Assembly (NCBI GenBank): GCA_907165135.1 | Contig: OU015570.1 | Coordinates: 1,757,929 to 1,821,928, forward strand | DNA: 64,000 bases | DNA from: Oikopleura dioica | Taxonomy: Eukaryota; Animalia; Chordata | Direction of reading: 5' to 3' | Shown here: piece after piece, positions 12,033 through 23,125 of the stretch | How the letters are laid out: the number at the start of each line of letters is the position of its first letter | Numbering within the stretch: the first letter of the stretch is position 1 | Notes under the pieces: model-generated | Told to the model about the DNA's origin: nothing | Database searches by the model: none | What the model saw: only the letters and a program-made list of their open reading frames with translations | Made by a program: the position numbers and the translations under genes

Positions 12033-15000
12033 CTAGTATTTCTGAGTCTTGTTCGACTCGATGTTTATACGATCTGGAGAGCGGCAATTTCTCTTTGGGC
12101 GAGAAGGTGGCGATGAACGAGCAGCAGGGCGCTTCCGCGGCGCTTTCAACATTTCTGGCGCGACCGTGGGAAAGTTCACCGGGGTCGTCGACAATGGCGG
12201 TTGCTGATTGGCTGCGTAGTCGAGATTTCCGGCCAATAGGCTCAAGTCGGACTCGTCAAGAGCAGAATTTTCAGCTCGTTCCTGGAAAGACATGGCCGAG
12301 AGAAAAGTGGCATCTTGATCCGGGTAGTCTTGAGGTTGATTAGTAGCGGGTTCCGACGAATTCTGCGACGAAGAAGCATCATCCACGACGGTTGTTTCCG
12401 GCGATTCGACGATTGTAGCTTGATGTTCTGTACTGTGAGAAATTTCCATCGGCTCTTGTTGAGACTGATGATATTCTTCTTCGACATTTTCTGCTACTGG
12501 CTTCTCCGCGTGTTTCTGCGACTGTACACCTAGACTTTCGGGATTAACCTTTTCAGGCTGAGTCGGTGTTTGATTGATCTTCGTTTCCACAGAGATATCC
12601 CCCCTAGACGAAGAACATTTTGATTCAGCTGCTCGGCTGGCTACAAGATCAGACAAATGTGCCCAAATGTAGAGTTCTTCATCTTGGTGAATTTTATCAA
12701 CATCTTTTAGATGCTCGAGTCGTTCGTCAGCTGGCGCAACATGACCTCGGAAGATCCAGTCACGCTTCTTCTTGCCATCTTCGACAAGGCAAACGCTGGA
12801 ATTGGTGCGGATCAAGCGCAACGGGCCTACCCACTTCAAACCAGATGATTTTCCGGCAGAGTTCAATTCTCGTTTAACGTACACCAACTGACCTTCGATT
12901 AAGGGCACTGGTGGCAACTTTTTGCTGTTTCGGCGTTCAGTATCAGCAGCGGCGGCCTGTTGAGAAACCTTGATCAGCTTGTTCACGCGATCGATGCGCT
13001 GGCGAATTCCGGCGGCGAAGTGTTCTGGCGAAGTATCTTTTGCTGGCACTCTGGATTTGCCGAACCAAGCCTCTTTTGGGATCTGACCAGTGGATTTACA
13101 GATGCTGGCGTTCATGCTTCGCGTAACATAAGGTAGAGCTTTAGTCCAGGTCATCTTTTCTGAATGACAAGTGCTGAAGAGACCATTTTTGAGAGTTCGG
13201 TGACTTCGTTCTACCAAGCCATTGGCTTCAGGTCTCCAAGCGCAAGTTAGCGTGTGAGCGATGTTGTTAGACTTGCAGAAGTCATCGATTACGCTGTTCA
13301 CAAAGTGGAGCCCGCGGTCTGAATGAATTTTTGTGGGCCAGAAGTCGTACTGTAGGCAGATCTGAGTAAGACCTTGTGCGGCTGACTCGGCATTATCGCG
13401 TCGAACCGGGACTGCCCATAAATAGCGCCTGAAGCTGCAGATGACCGTGAGCATGTATTTATAGCCATTTGATGGTTCTTTCATGCAGACGTAGTCAATA
13501 TTCAGGATATCACCCGGAAATCGACCTTTTTGAACTTGGCCACTAGGGGGCGCTTGAGGGCGACCGTGTGCTCCTTTTGTTTTCAGGCATGATCCACAAG
13601 ATCGAACATAATTTTCGCAGTCCTTGTCCATATCGATCCACCAAAGCATTTTTAGGTTCTCCTTCATGCGCGGAAGACCACAATGAGCCTGTAAATCGTG
13701 CGCGCGCCGGACGAATGATGCGCGGAGAGCTTCAGGCACTACAGCACGAGGACCTCGGCGATCGTCGATCACGAGGCAGTTCGATGTGCGGCACATGCGA
13801 AGTCGCTTGGCGATTTTGAGGAATTCAGCTCGACGATGGTCTTTTGCGTCGATAACGGACTCAAGGTCGATTTGTGCGCTGTTATCGCGAGCTCTGCAAA
13901 CGGCATTGATGATTTCGACCAGAAACGGGTCGTCGCGTTGGTGAGTCGCAAATTGGGCCATGTTGCCTTCCATCTGAGGATCGGACATTGGGCGGATGAT
14001 CTTGGCGACGTTTACCGAGGCGATTAGTTTCTGCGCAGTTTTCGGCAGCTGAATTTGCTCGGTGCACCAACTAGGAACATACACGACTAAGTCGCTGTCA
14101 CCGATGCTGAGGAATCGACCGGCGTTTTTCACTGGTCCAGTTTCGCGGCTTTTCAAGTTTTCTGTCCCGAATGGCCTGGAAATCCAGTCGGCGAAGTTGT
14201 TGCGCGATCCTTTTATGTACTGGAGTACAAAGTTGTATTCGCTGAGTCTGGATTGCCATCGACAAATTTTACTGTTGCGAAAGGCAGTCTTGTCCAGGTA
14301 AGTCAACGAATAGTGATCAGTGTGGACGATGAATTTTGTTCCTTTCAGGATTCTACTGAGCTTTTCGACGGTCCACAAGATTCCGAAGCACTCCTTTTCC
14401 GACACGGACCAGTTCGCTTCTGGGCGGTTGAAAGTATGTGACACTGCGGCAACGAGTTTAGTCTTGCCGTCGACAATTTGTGTAAGTACCCCTCCACAAG
14501 CAACGTCGGATGCGTCAGTGTGCAAGATGAAGGGCTCGCGGAAGTTTGGAAAGCTGATGACTGGTGGAGAAGAAAGTCGAGATTTCAACATGGAATATGC
14601 TCGATCAGCGTCGTCGGTCCATTTGAACGGCGGAGGGATCACGCCGCGTTTACATGGCACTAGCAGAGATGTAATCGGCTTCATGACATGTGCGAAAAGA
14701 TGAGCGCCTATTTCTTCGCCCATTCGTACTTCCGCAAAATCTTTGAGCCAGGTAAGGCTTCCCACCAAAGATCTCAGTTCTCTATGATTAGTTGGCGGCG
14801 GCATTGACAGCAGTGACTCGGTGAACGCTGGATCTGTTTTGACGCCCGAATCCGTGATGACGCGACCAAGAAAATGAGCTTCTTTCTGGAGAAAGTGGCA
14901 CTTTGATGGCTTCAGTTTTACTCCATGTTTGATAACCGCCTGGAGTAGTTGGCGGAGCGACTTTCTGTACTCTGCGAAGGAGCGGCCGTATTGAATCAGG

Positions 15001-17234
15001 TCGTCGACGTACGATGAAACGTTGTTCCGCATCTCTACAGTTTCGAGCATCTTGGCGACGCAGCGGCTAAATATCGCGCCCGAAAAAGTATAGCCAAATG
15101 GCACGCGTAAAAACTTGTAAGTGCGTCCTTTCCACTGAAAGGCAGTTTTGACTTGGTCCTCTTCTTTCAGACGCACTTGCCAATAGCCTGCGGATAAGTC
15201 GGCGACCGTGAAGTACATTTGGCCTTCGCCAAGGCTGGAAATCGTCTCGTCCATTCGTGCCATGGTGAACGGATCGCTCGTGTCTGCCAAGACGGTGTTC
15301 AAGGTTTCCGCGAAGTTGACTACGAATCTAGATTCTCCGCTTTTCTTGGGCACGAGCATAACTGGCGAATTCCACCCTTGGGGATCGTCGCAAAAGTCGA
15401 TGGCCTTTGTTTCGAGCATTTTATCGAGGTGCTCATCTACTAATGGGTGCTGAGCCTGCGGAATTGGGATCTGCTTCCTGTTTCGTACCTCGCCAGGTAC
15501 AGTGCGCAACTCCGCTTCTTCCGGAAATTCGCCAAGTGGCTGCGAAGAAGTCGCGAATGCGGCGTTGAGCTCCTTAAGATCTTCTGCGACCACAGTTCGG
15601 TGCTCTAGCGGCGCGTGTGAAGGCAGATCGATGCCCAGATTCTCTTTCACCCAAAGAATCGGGCTTCCATGGGGTACCTGGTGAACTTCGTTCTCACCGT
15701 TGGGCTTGGCGACTCCAACTCGGAAGCTCCGTTTGAGCTGGACCTTTTTCGGTGGAATGGTCTTGTACCGGCCGTCGAAGTTCAGGCGAAGGTAAGATTT
15801 CCCAAATTCGACGGATCGAATTTCAGGAGAACGGAGAATGTCGCGCCCGAGCAGGCATGGGCAATCCTCCAGCACATAAACTTTAGCTTCTAGTTCAGGG
15901 CCCGCGTCGAAGACCATTTTCATCTCCAGATAGCCGAGTGGGCTTTGCGCATCGCCATTCAGTCCTGAAATTGTCAGTGGAGCCGGTTTCAGCAGCGACA
16001 ATATTTTCTTGGGGACTGCCTTCTTTGGCAGAATCGTGGCGAACGACCCGGAGTCGATCTCAACGTCGGAGGCGAACGAGCAGTCGTTGTGCTTGAATTT
16101 GATGCTAGCGATGAAGGGATCTGGGACTAGCGCTGGCAAAGACTGGTACACTGGCGCAGCTCGGAAGCACGCGAGGGAAATGGCCGATTCAACCTCTTGT
16201 GCATCGCTGTCGGCGGCGGAATGAGCTGTGGTTTGTTTGACCTGTTGGTCACCTTCGTCAGAGTCTTTGCGGTTTTGGCCGCCATTTTTACTATGACCGC
16301 CCCTTCGACGGTTTTTGTTTCGATTGTCGGGCTTCGACTTGGCGTCGCGGCGTTTTCCCATATAGTGGCAGTTGGCGTCGGTCGGCGTCATATTTCGACG
16401 GAGAGTCTCAGCGGCAGCGGCTAAATCGTCTGGTCTGAAGCTGTCGGACATCTTGTCGATCAATTTGTTGTAAAGATCTGGCATCTGGAGGCGGAGCTTT
16501 TCTGAAAGAAGATGCGTTCCAAACAGGTAAAAGCAGTCTTGGACGGTCATCTCCTTTTCAGGGTTGATTCGTTTGAATTCTCGTAAACAAGCTTCATATG
16601 CCTCATTTAGTTTCTGTTGGACTTTGCCCGCGTAATCTTGGAGTGGTAGATCTGTGTCGCAGTCGATGGCAGCCGCTTCGGAGATGACTAGCAAGTGATT
16701 GAGCTTGCCGCCGAACTGCTTGTTGATGAGTTTCCGGGCAGCTTCGAAGTCTGCGCACTTGTCGAGCGCGTCACCGATTGCACGAGATGGGGCGACGTCG
16801 AGATGGGCGCGCAAGCAGCTAAGAAAGAACTGCTCCTTGTCTTTAGCTGGCTTGCCGGTGGTGCGGTCGATGATGTAACTCTTTTGAAAAGAGTTGGCGA
16901 GACCGAGGAAGTTGTCGGTTTCCTGAGGGCTGGTGCCTTGAAACTTGGAAGTCCCGAAGTGCCGGGTGAATGCCGTGTTGATGACTGAAGCGGAGATGAC
17001 GGAGCTGCCAGCGTTGGATTGAGCGGCAGGAGCGCCAAGAGGTAAGTTGCCGGACATGACGAGAGAAGTGCACCTATCTATGATACTTTGGTACTCTTCT
17101 ATCTGGTTTTTAACTTCGTCATTATCGCGAACTGTAGCTGGGAGCTTTTCGAGAGCTTCCTTCTGCGCTCGAGTGGTGCTGGCGTACTCCAAGGCTTCTT
17201 TGACACTTTTGAGGTTGTCCGGGTTGAATGACAT
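12033..17234 (-). CDS. gag-pol: B Gag-Pol polyprotein, 1733 aa
   Basis: PR EIDSGS; RT VADLSAGYWQ...YVDD; RH LHTDAS...ECFG...HTDH; IN HxxxxH..CxxC, NIDY, HSDRG, D35E (VERS); low-complexity C-terminal tail. Confidence 0.96.
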   Translation of the reverse strand: MSFNPDNLKSVKEALEYASTTRAQKEALEKLPATVRDNDEVKNQIEEYQSIIDRCTSLVMSGNLPLGAPAAQSNAGSSVISASVINTAFTRHFGTSKFQGTSPQETDNFLGLANSFQKSYIIDRTTGKPAKDKEQFFLSCLRAHLDVAPSRAIGDALDKCADFEAARKLINKQFGGKLNHLLVISEAAAIDCDTDLPLQDYAGKVQQKLNEAYEACLREFKRINPEKEMTVQDCFYLFGTHLLSEKLRLQMPDLYNKLIDKMSDSFRPDDLAAAAETLRRNMTPTDANCHYMGKRRDAKSKPDNRNKNRRRGGHSKNGGQNRKDSDEGDQQVKQTTAHSAADSDAQEVESAISLACFRAAPVYQSLPALVPDPFIASIKFKHNDCSFASDVEIDSGSFATILPKKAVPKKILSLLKPAPLTISGLNGDAQSPLGYLEMKMVFDAGPELEAKVYVLEDCPCLLGRDILRSPEIRSVEFGKSYLRLNFDGRYKTIPPKKVQLKRSFRVGVAKPNGENEVHQVPHGSPILWVKENLGIDLPSHAPLEHRTVVAEDLKELNAAFATSSQPLGEFPEEAELRTVPGEVRNRKQIPIPQAQHPLVDEHLDKMLETKAIDFCDDPQGWNSPVMLVPKKSGESRFVVNFAETLNTVLADTSDPFTMARMDETISSLGEGQMYFTVADLSAGYWQVRLKEEDQVKTAFQWKGRTYKFLRVPFGYTFSGAIFSRCVAKMLETVEMRNNVSSYVDDLIQYGRSFAEYRKSLRQLLQAVIKHGVKLKPSKCHFLQKEAHFLGRVITDSGVKTDPAFTESLLSMPPPTNHRELRSLVGSLTWLKDFAEVRMGEEIGAHLFAHVMKPITSLLVPCKRGVIPPPFKWTDDADRAYSMLKSRLSSPPVISFPNFREPFILHTDASDVACGGVLTQIVDGKTKLVAAVSHTFNRPEANWSVSEKECFGILWTVEKLSRILKGTKFIVHTDHYSLTYLDKTAFRNSKICRWQSRLSEYNFVLQYIKGSRNNFADWISRPFGTENLKSRETGPVKNAGRFLSIGDSDLVVYVPSWCTEQIQLPKTAQKLIASVNVAKIIRPMSDPQMEGNMAQFATHQRDDPFLVEIINAVCRARDNSAQIDLESVIDAKDHRRAEFLKIAKRLRMCRTSNCLVIDDRRGPRAVVPEALRASFVRRAHDLQAHCGLPRMKENLKMLWWIDMDKDCENYVRSCGSCLKTKGAHGRPQAPPSGQVQKGRFPGDILNIDYVCMKEPSNGYKYMLTVICSFRRYLWAVPVRRDNAESAAQGLTQICLQYDFWPTKIHSDRGLHFVNSVIDDFCKSNNIAHTLTCAWRPEANGLVERSHRTLKNGLFSTCHSEKMTWTKALPYVTRSMNASICKSTGQIPKEAWFGKSRVPAKDTSPEHFAAGIRQRIDRVNKLIKVSQQAAAADTERRNSKKLPPVPLIEGQLVYVKRELNSAGKSSGLKWVGPLRLIRTNSSVCLVEDGKKKRDWIFRGHVAPADERLEHLKDVDKIHQDEELYIWAHLSDLVASRAAESKCSSSRGDISVETKINQTPTQPEKVNPESLGVQSQKHAEKPVAENVEEEYHQSQQEPMEISHSTEHQATIVESPETTVVDDASSSQNSSEPATNQPQDYPDQDATFLSAMSFQERAENSALDESDLSLLAGNLDYAANQQPPLSTTPVNFPTVAPEMLKAPRKRPAARSSPPSRPKRNCRSPDRINIESNKTQKY

Positions 17235-17818
17235 ATTCAGAGACGAAGACGGAAGTGAGCTGGCGAGACGTACGAAAAGAGCTGAGCCGACTGGTTATCT
17301 GTAAGGTAAGACTGGTACCTGGGCCGATCCCTTTGACACTAGATAGTTGAAGTCTAGGTCAAATTATAGGGATAATAGGCGAGCCGAGAGCAACAGAAAT
17401 CCCCAAAACAGTTTTCAGATAGCCAACGACTGGTGGGTGCGGCGAGGAGAAGAGCGAAGTAGCAACAGCAGCGCGGGCCGGACTAGAATGCGCGAGAAAT
17501 CAGCAGCGAAACGGTTGTACCTGGCCTGACCCCAGTGAACTCAGATGGAGATCACTTTTAGGGGCTTGCGGAGCGGGAGCTAGTGGCGACGGTTGGCTGA
17601 TTCGATCAGCGGGAGTGCGCGAAAAGTTTTACGCCGTTGGTTCCACAGGAGAAGAATGCGCGGTCTTGGAACGGAAAGGGCGTCTTCCAGGAAGAATTCA
17701 GGTTAAGCGTCGACGAAGAGTTGATTGGAGAGCGGTTGATTGTTCGAGGATCCTTGTAGAATTAGATTTTACCGGTTTGTTGTACTCGAGGAGTCGTCCT
17801 GTCTTCGCACAATTACGA

Positions 17819-17826
17819 TGACACCA
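17819..17826 (-). promoter_or_regulatory. B PBS TGGTGTCA (matches 8 nt of the canonical tRNA-Leu PBS)
   Basis: 2 nt from the end of the 5' LTR. Confidence 0.65.
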
Positions 17827-17828
17827 CT

Positions 17829-18027
17829 TGTAAGGGTTTAGCAAATCCTGCGGCTTGCGAGAAGTTCCCCACTTTGCGTATTCTCTAGTGCGGTGAATAA
17901 AAGACAAGAACTCTGGAAAAGGTGTTGCTCGAGTTTTATTTACAAGACGACTGAAGTGCACGCGTAGCGCGCAGTAAGATGTGGCCTCAGATAAAATCTC
18001 CGGCCTCAGGGTTCGTAAAACCTCACA
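17829..18027 (-). repeat. B 5' LTR
   Basis: Direct repeat of 11730-11928. Confidence 0.95.
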
Positions 18028-19842
18028 GATTGAAGGTTGATCTCGTACCATTAAAACATTTTTTGTCTTTAGAAGAAGGATTAAACAAAGAATGATGGAG
18101 ATTTTCCTCAAAAAAATTTTTTTAAGCGATTTGGATGGGACATTTTTTTGGCCGCGTGTATCAAATTTTTGGACATTTTTGCGAAAATCTTGGGACAAAA
18201 AATGTCCGAAAATTCCATAATTAACTGTAAATCCCTTCAATTTGCGGAAAAATCACTCTTAATATGTCCAAATTTAGTTTTAAAGGTCTGATTTTTTGAT
18301 ATGTCAAAGAACTGACGTTTTTCTTTAGTCTATCAAAATTTCATAAGGGGGAAACACAAGAACCCAACTGTAGTGTCTTTACATAAGAGCTACTGAACAT
18401 CAATGCTAACTCAAGTGCTACTCAAGTGCTGATCACTGCCCGAGTGAACCGATCACTGCGCGAGTAACTCCTTCACTGTTTTTCTGTTAACAATATATAT
18501 ATCGTCTTTCTTTCAGCGAAACTAAGACCGCTCGACATTCACAAATAAATAAACTTTTTACACTCACAAGCCTCTTTTGTTGTCTCTTTGCAAAAGCACT
18601 ACAAATTGGTGACTGAGTTCTTTACGTAACCCACCCGAAAAACACGTACTACCGAGAGATTAAACCTAGAGAATTGCCGTCTTCACACCAATCAACATCC
18701 TGCTCCACGATGAAAATCATAGATAAGGAAAAGGCTAAAAAACTTATTGAAGAAAAATTGGTTCCCCTCGCTCTAGATTAGGGTCGGCAAAAAAAAATTT
18801 TTTCCCTCAAATCGCTCTGAAACTACCAGCATCTGATTCGCGATGGTCAAAAACCTCTCTCAGCCAAATATCACTCATATCAGACATCATCAACGCAATC
18901 ACCGAATAACGTGCCTATGCTGGTTCTCAAGAAAGCTGACGGAAGTCACCGAGTCTCAGCTGATGCCCGTAACCTGAACGTCTTACTTGTCAAAGACAGG
19001 TTCCCACTACCATTTATGCAACAAATTTTCTACAAAATCGGGAAACGTCTTTCCAACAGAAACTCCTGTTTTATCTCAAATTTCGACTTGCACCGAGGTT
19101 ACTGGCAACTTCAAACACTCGAAAAAGATCGCCCAAAAATGGCGTTCTCCCATAACAACAAACACTATGCAGCGCATAGAATGCTTTATGGAGTAGCCAC
19201 TGGACCTGCAGCATTTTCCAGATGCATGGCGAAAATCCTTAATCATAAGTCTATCATATGCTATCTTGATGACATTATTGCGATTGATGGAGATTTCGAA
19301 AGCCATTTTGCGACAATCGAATTTATCTTAAAGACATGCCAAAATCATGGAATGCTTCTCTCGCCAAAGAAAGTCTTCTTGTGCAAACCAGAACTCAATT
19401 TTCTTGGACATTCAATCTCAAAAGATGGAATCCAGACAAGCGAAAAACATTTAAAAGTCATACGAGATCTGGAACCGCCCAAAAACCGTGACGAAGTAAA
19501 GCGAATGTTAGGCTCAATAAATAACAACCTAAAATTCGTACGAAACGGGTCTTCTATTCTCCAGCCGCTGTATGAACTCACTTCCAAAAATCGCGATTTC
19601 ATCTGGGAAGATAAACACCAAACTGCATTCACCGAGATCAAAAAGAAACTTCTTGAACGACCCTGCTTAGCCCATTACAAAACAGACGCCGAACTTGTCC
19701 TTGTTACCGACAGCTCAGGATCGAAAATCGGCGGCTGTCTGTACCAAAAAGAAAAAGATCAGCTTCAACCGCTTGGATACTTCTCGTAAGCCCTTACAGG
19801 ACCGGACCTCCGACGAAGTTTGCGAGAAAAAGAACTTTTCGC

Positions 19843-20476
19843 GGAGGTTGTGACATTTCCCTTGCACACCTACCACACCGCGCGACTGGGCCTCAAAAAC
19901 CTGCGCTCGCTAGTGGCGCTCGGGAGAGAGCCCGCTCAGTTCAATTTCTCTCGCCAAGACTTTTATCCCAAGGAATTACGCCAGTTTCCTCAATATATTT
20001 ATCATCAAGTACTTTATGTAAATTAAGGTTAGGGTTAGGGGGCACCTGCAAAAATGACGGAACAAACTTACCCGAGGGGGATAGGCTACGGTAACCCTAA
20101 CTAACCCTAGACTAGACCCCGGCATTTTAGGACCTAAGGGGCGAAGCCCCGTGGTAAGGGGCAATAAGATTTAGTACTTTTTTTAAATTACTAAACTAAT
20201 TGTTCATCAAATTATGCTTCTCATCATGCATCTCACATAGCTCATCTTTCAGTTCTTAAAAATAATTTTAACCAGTGTAGTAATAATTAAATTATTTGTC
20301 TTAATTAAATTCACTCCTGGCTGACGATTTCGGCTTGCGCGGGCGCACACTTGCATGGCATGACTAGTGTGAGGATTTTCAGCGGGAGGGGCTCCGCAGC
20401 GCCTCTCACTGTTAGGCTAGTAGCGCGGTGTGGTATCTTGCCTGAAGAGGTGTGCAAGGGAAATGTCACGCTATCC
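19843..20476. mobile_element. Non-autonomous DNA transposon with 8-bp TSD and GG termini (Merlin-like); another end at ~50256-50345
   Basis: TSD CTTTTCGC (19835-42 and 20477-84); TIR GGA....GTGACATTTCCCTTGCACACCT. Confidence 0.7.
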
Positions 20477-21133
20477 CTTTTCGCACTTGGTTTATCAATC
20501 AGTTTCTTCGAATTCTACCTATTAAATACGACTTTCACAGCTGTGGTAGACCATAGGAGTCTCCTCTTTCTATTCAAGGAGCAAGGAGAATTGAAAAAGA
20601 ATGATATAAAAAGATGAATATCTTAAACTATCTCCTTCGATTCGATTTTCGTATTCTACACCGGGAAGGAAACTCACCAATAATGGCAACTGCAGATTGG
20701 CTAAGTCGTCTTCCTGAATACAAAAGCACTGAACTCGAAAAAGATGCTGAAAGCTTTGATGGAATCCCAAATACTCTCTTACTGCTACATACAGTTGTTC
20801 CGGAAAGCAAAAAGAAGATTCTTTTTACGTTCAGTGACAGATCATTCGACGAAGATATAATGAATACTCTTCAAATGGAATGCAGATCTACGCGTAACAT
20901 AATCGAAAAGGTGAAACGGAATCCAACATCTCCTTTTAAAATCAAAAAGAATGTTCTCTTCAAAGATGATCGACTTGTGCTTCCAAATAATCTCAGTGAA
21001 GAATTCTTACAGTACTTACACTGTATCACAGGACACTGTGGATCAAAACAACTAAACATCCTCTGCAGAAAATTCTACATCCACCAAATCCAGCACAAAA
21101 CTCGTCAACTCACTCGATTCTGCCCTACATGTA

Positions 21134-21468
21134 CAGTTTTTTATGGAATTTTTGAACATCGAATTTTTGGACATTTTCTGCGCCTAATTATTAAATTTTC
21201 TGTTTTTTTTTTGCCAGATATGAAGTTTTTTCATATTAAAAATCTTACTTTTTCTTTGAGAAAGACAAGATTAAAGGTTGATCTCGTACCTCTGAAACTT
21301 TTTTTGTCTTTAGAAGAAGGATTAAACAAAGAATGATGGAGACTTTCCTCAAAAAAAAATTTTTTAAGCGATTTGGATGGGACATTTTTTTGGCCGCGTG
21401 TATCAAATTTTTGGACATTTTTGCGAAAATCTTGGGACAAAAATATCCAAAAATTCCATAATTAACTG
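21134..21468. mobile_element. Tc1/mariner-type MITE inserted at TA in the C1 integrase CxxC region
   Basis: CAGT..ACTG TIRs, TA TSD; removal restores CPTCIQIKP. Confidence 0.88.
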
Positions 21469-23125
21469 TATTCAGATAAAACCAATGCCGAAGTTGAAAC
21501 CTTTAATGATCGAAAATCGACGTTTTGCAGAAACACCGTTTTCAAAAACTCATTCGATCTTGTTGACTACTACAGGCCTGATGCTACTGGAAAAAGATAT
21601 CTTCTGACAGCCATGAATTCACTTACTGGATTTCTGGATGGTATACCCTTAAGCCGTAAGACTGATGAAATTGTCGCAAAACAACTTCTCAATCTTATAC
21701 TGACGCATGGTATTACCGGGGATGCAATAACAGACAATGGAGCCGAGCTAAATGGACCACTTGTCACAGAAGTCTTCAAACGCTTTGAAATCCGTCCTAC
21801 AACAACTACAGCTTATCGTAGCCAGAGTAATGGTCAACTCGAGCGAGTTCACCGGTAAATACACCTGAAGCTCAAAAGCTTGAATGCTTCAAATAAAAAC
21901 TGGTCCTCAGCGTGGCCAATGAGCAAATACTTCATCAATAACCTTCCAAAAGAATCTTTGGATGGACTCAGCGCAAATGAAGCCTACTATGGAAGAAGTT
22001 TTCATCCACCATTCCAGACAAATTTCGACGCAAAAGGCCCTGGAAAAGCCTGGATAAAATCAATTGAAAGCTACTTCAGAGAGCTCTACCCTTCGATCAT
22101 AGCGCACCAAATTGCAAAGCACCGCAAACTTGTCGCCGCCGACAAAAACAGCTGCCCTACCCTTAAAATTGGTCAAAAATGTTTGATCTTGAAGCCTGCT
22201 CTAGGCAAACTCAGCAGAGTTTGGCACGGTCCTTATACGATCCATAAACGCATCGCAAAAGACTCGTACATTGTCAAGAACATTCATACGGGACGCGAAT
22301 ACAGAAAACACATCAATCTGATTCGGCCTTGTAAAATTATAGAGCTTAATAAAAACGACCACGATGACACCAAAAACAGGAAGCACACTCAACGAATGGA
22401 ACTGTAACACAAATGAAAACCAACAATCTTCCAGCTAAACAACCAATCAAAAAATCGCAAAATTGTTTTGATAAAATTCTGTCAACCGAGACAATAATCA
22501 ACTCCGACGACGAAAATGAAAATTCTTGGTCGAAACGGCTTCGACCGAGAAAACGCCAAAAATAAAAAAGGGAGAGGAAGGACCTCTTAAATCCCTTTGC
22601 AAAAATCCAGCTATGTAAAAACCTGGTTGCCAATACATAAAAGCCCATTGGACATCCGACTTGCAAGTATCCAAATGGTAGCTCATGGAGAAGGGACCTC
22701 CGAAATTGCCAATCGTCAAAACCCCATTGGATAAAATCACAACTGCAACAACAAGTCAATATGGCCAGTCTTCGAAATGAACCTCTTTTCCGGAATTTCT
22801 CAAAATGTTCAACGGCGCCATTCGAGCTTTTGAGAAATCTGGTTAAAATCAGTTCGAGCACGACTGTGGAACAATAAACTGCTAACGTTCCAATTGGCAC
22901 TTACTGCAAATACGGAAGGAATACCGTTAATCCTTATAAAAAAACGCGCGCCCATCAAGTGCACTTGCGCACTGTCGGAAACGAAGCCGCTCATCAAGCT
23001 GCTTATCGTATACAACAATTACAGTTAAACAAAAGAAGGCTACTACTCATGATACTTGACAAGTAAAAAGTGTTCCCTATCAGAAAATGGCAGATGAAGT
23101 TTTTAAAACAAGCTAAGGAGAGAAA

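Larger units (their letters stand above)
11730..18027 (-). mobile_element. Intact Ty3/gypsy LTR retrotransposon, family B
   Basis: 199-bp TG..CA LTRs, 4-bp TSD GATT (11726-29 and 18028-31), PBS, PPT, single uninterrupted ORF. Confidence 0.97.
11524..18227. mobile_element. Tc1/mariner-type MITE split by element B (halves 11524-11729 and 18028-18227)
   Basis: TA|CAGTTTTTTATGGAATTTT ... AAAATTCCATAATTAACTG|TA termini; an uninterrupted relative lies at 21134-21468. Confidence 0.8.
18911..22565 (+). pseudogene. pol: C1 RT-RNase H-integrase with stops, frameshifts and two insertions
   Basis: FDLHRGYWQ, YLDD, VTDSSG, VVDH, AITDNG, LERVH; colinear with C2 pol. Confidence 0.9.

Noticed and set aside
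20025-20110. TTAGGG repeats as an interstitial telomere (also 63505-63565)
   Set aside because: Only a few degenerate units, embedded in dispersed elements.
22346-22900. Minus-strand ORF resembling 45543..45956
   Set aside because: Similarity follows from conserved plus-strand sequence; start and length are not shared.
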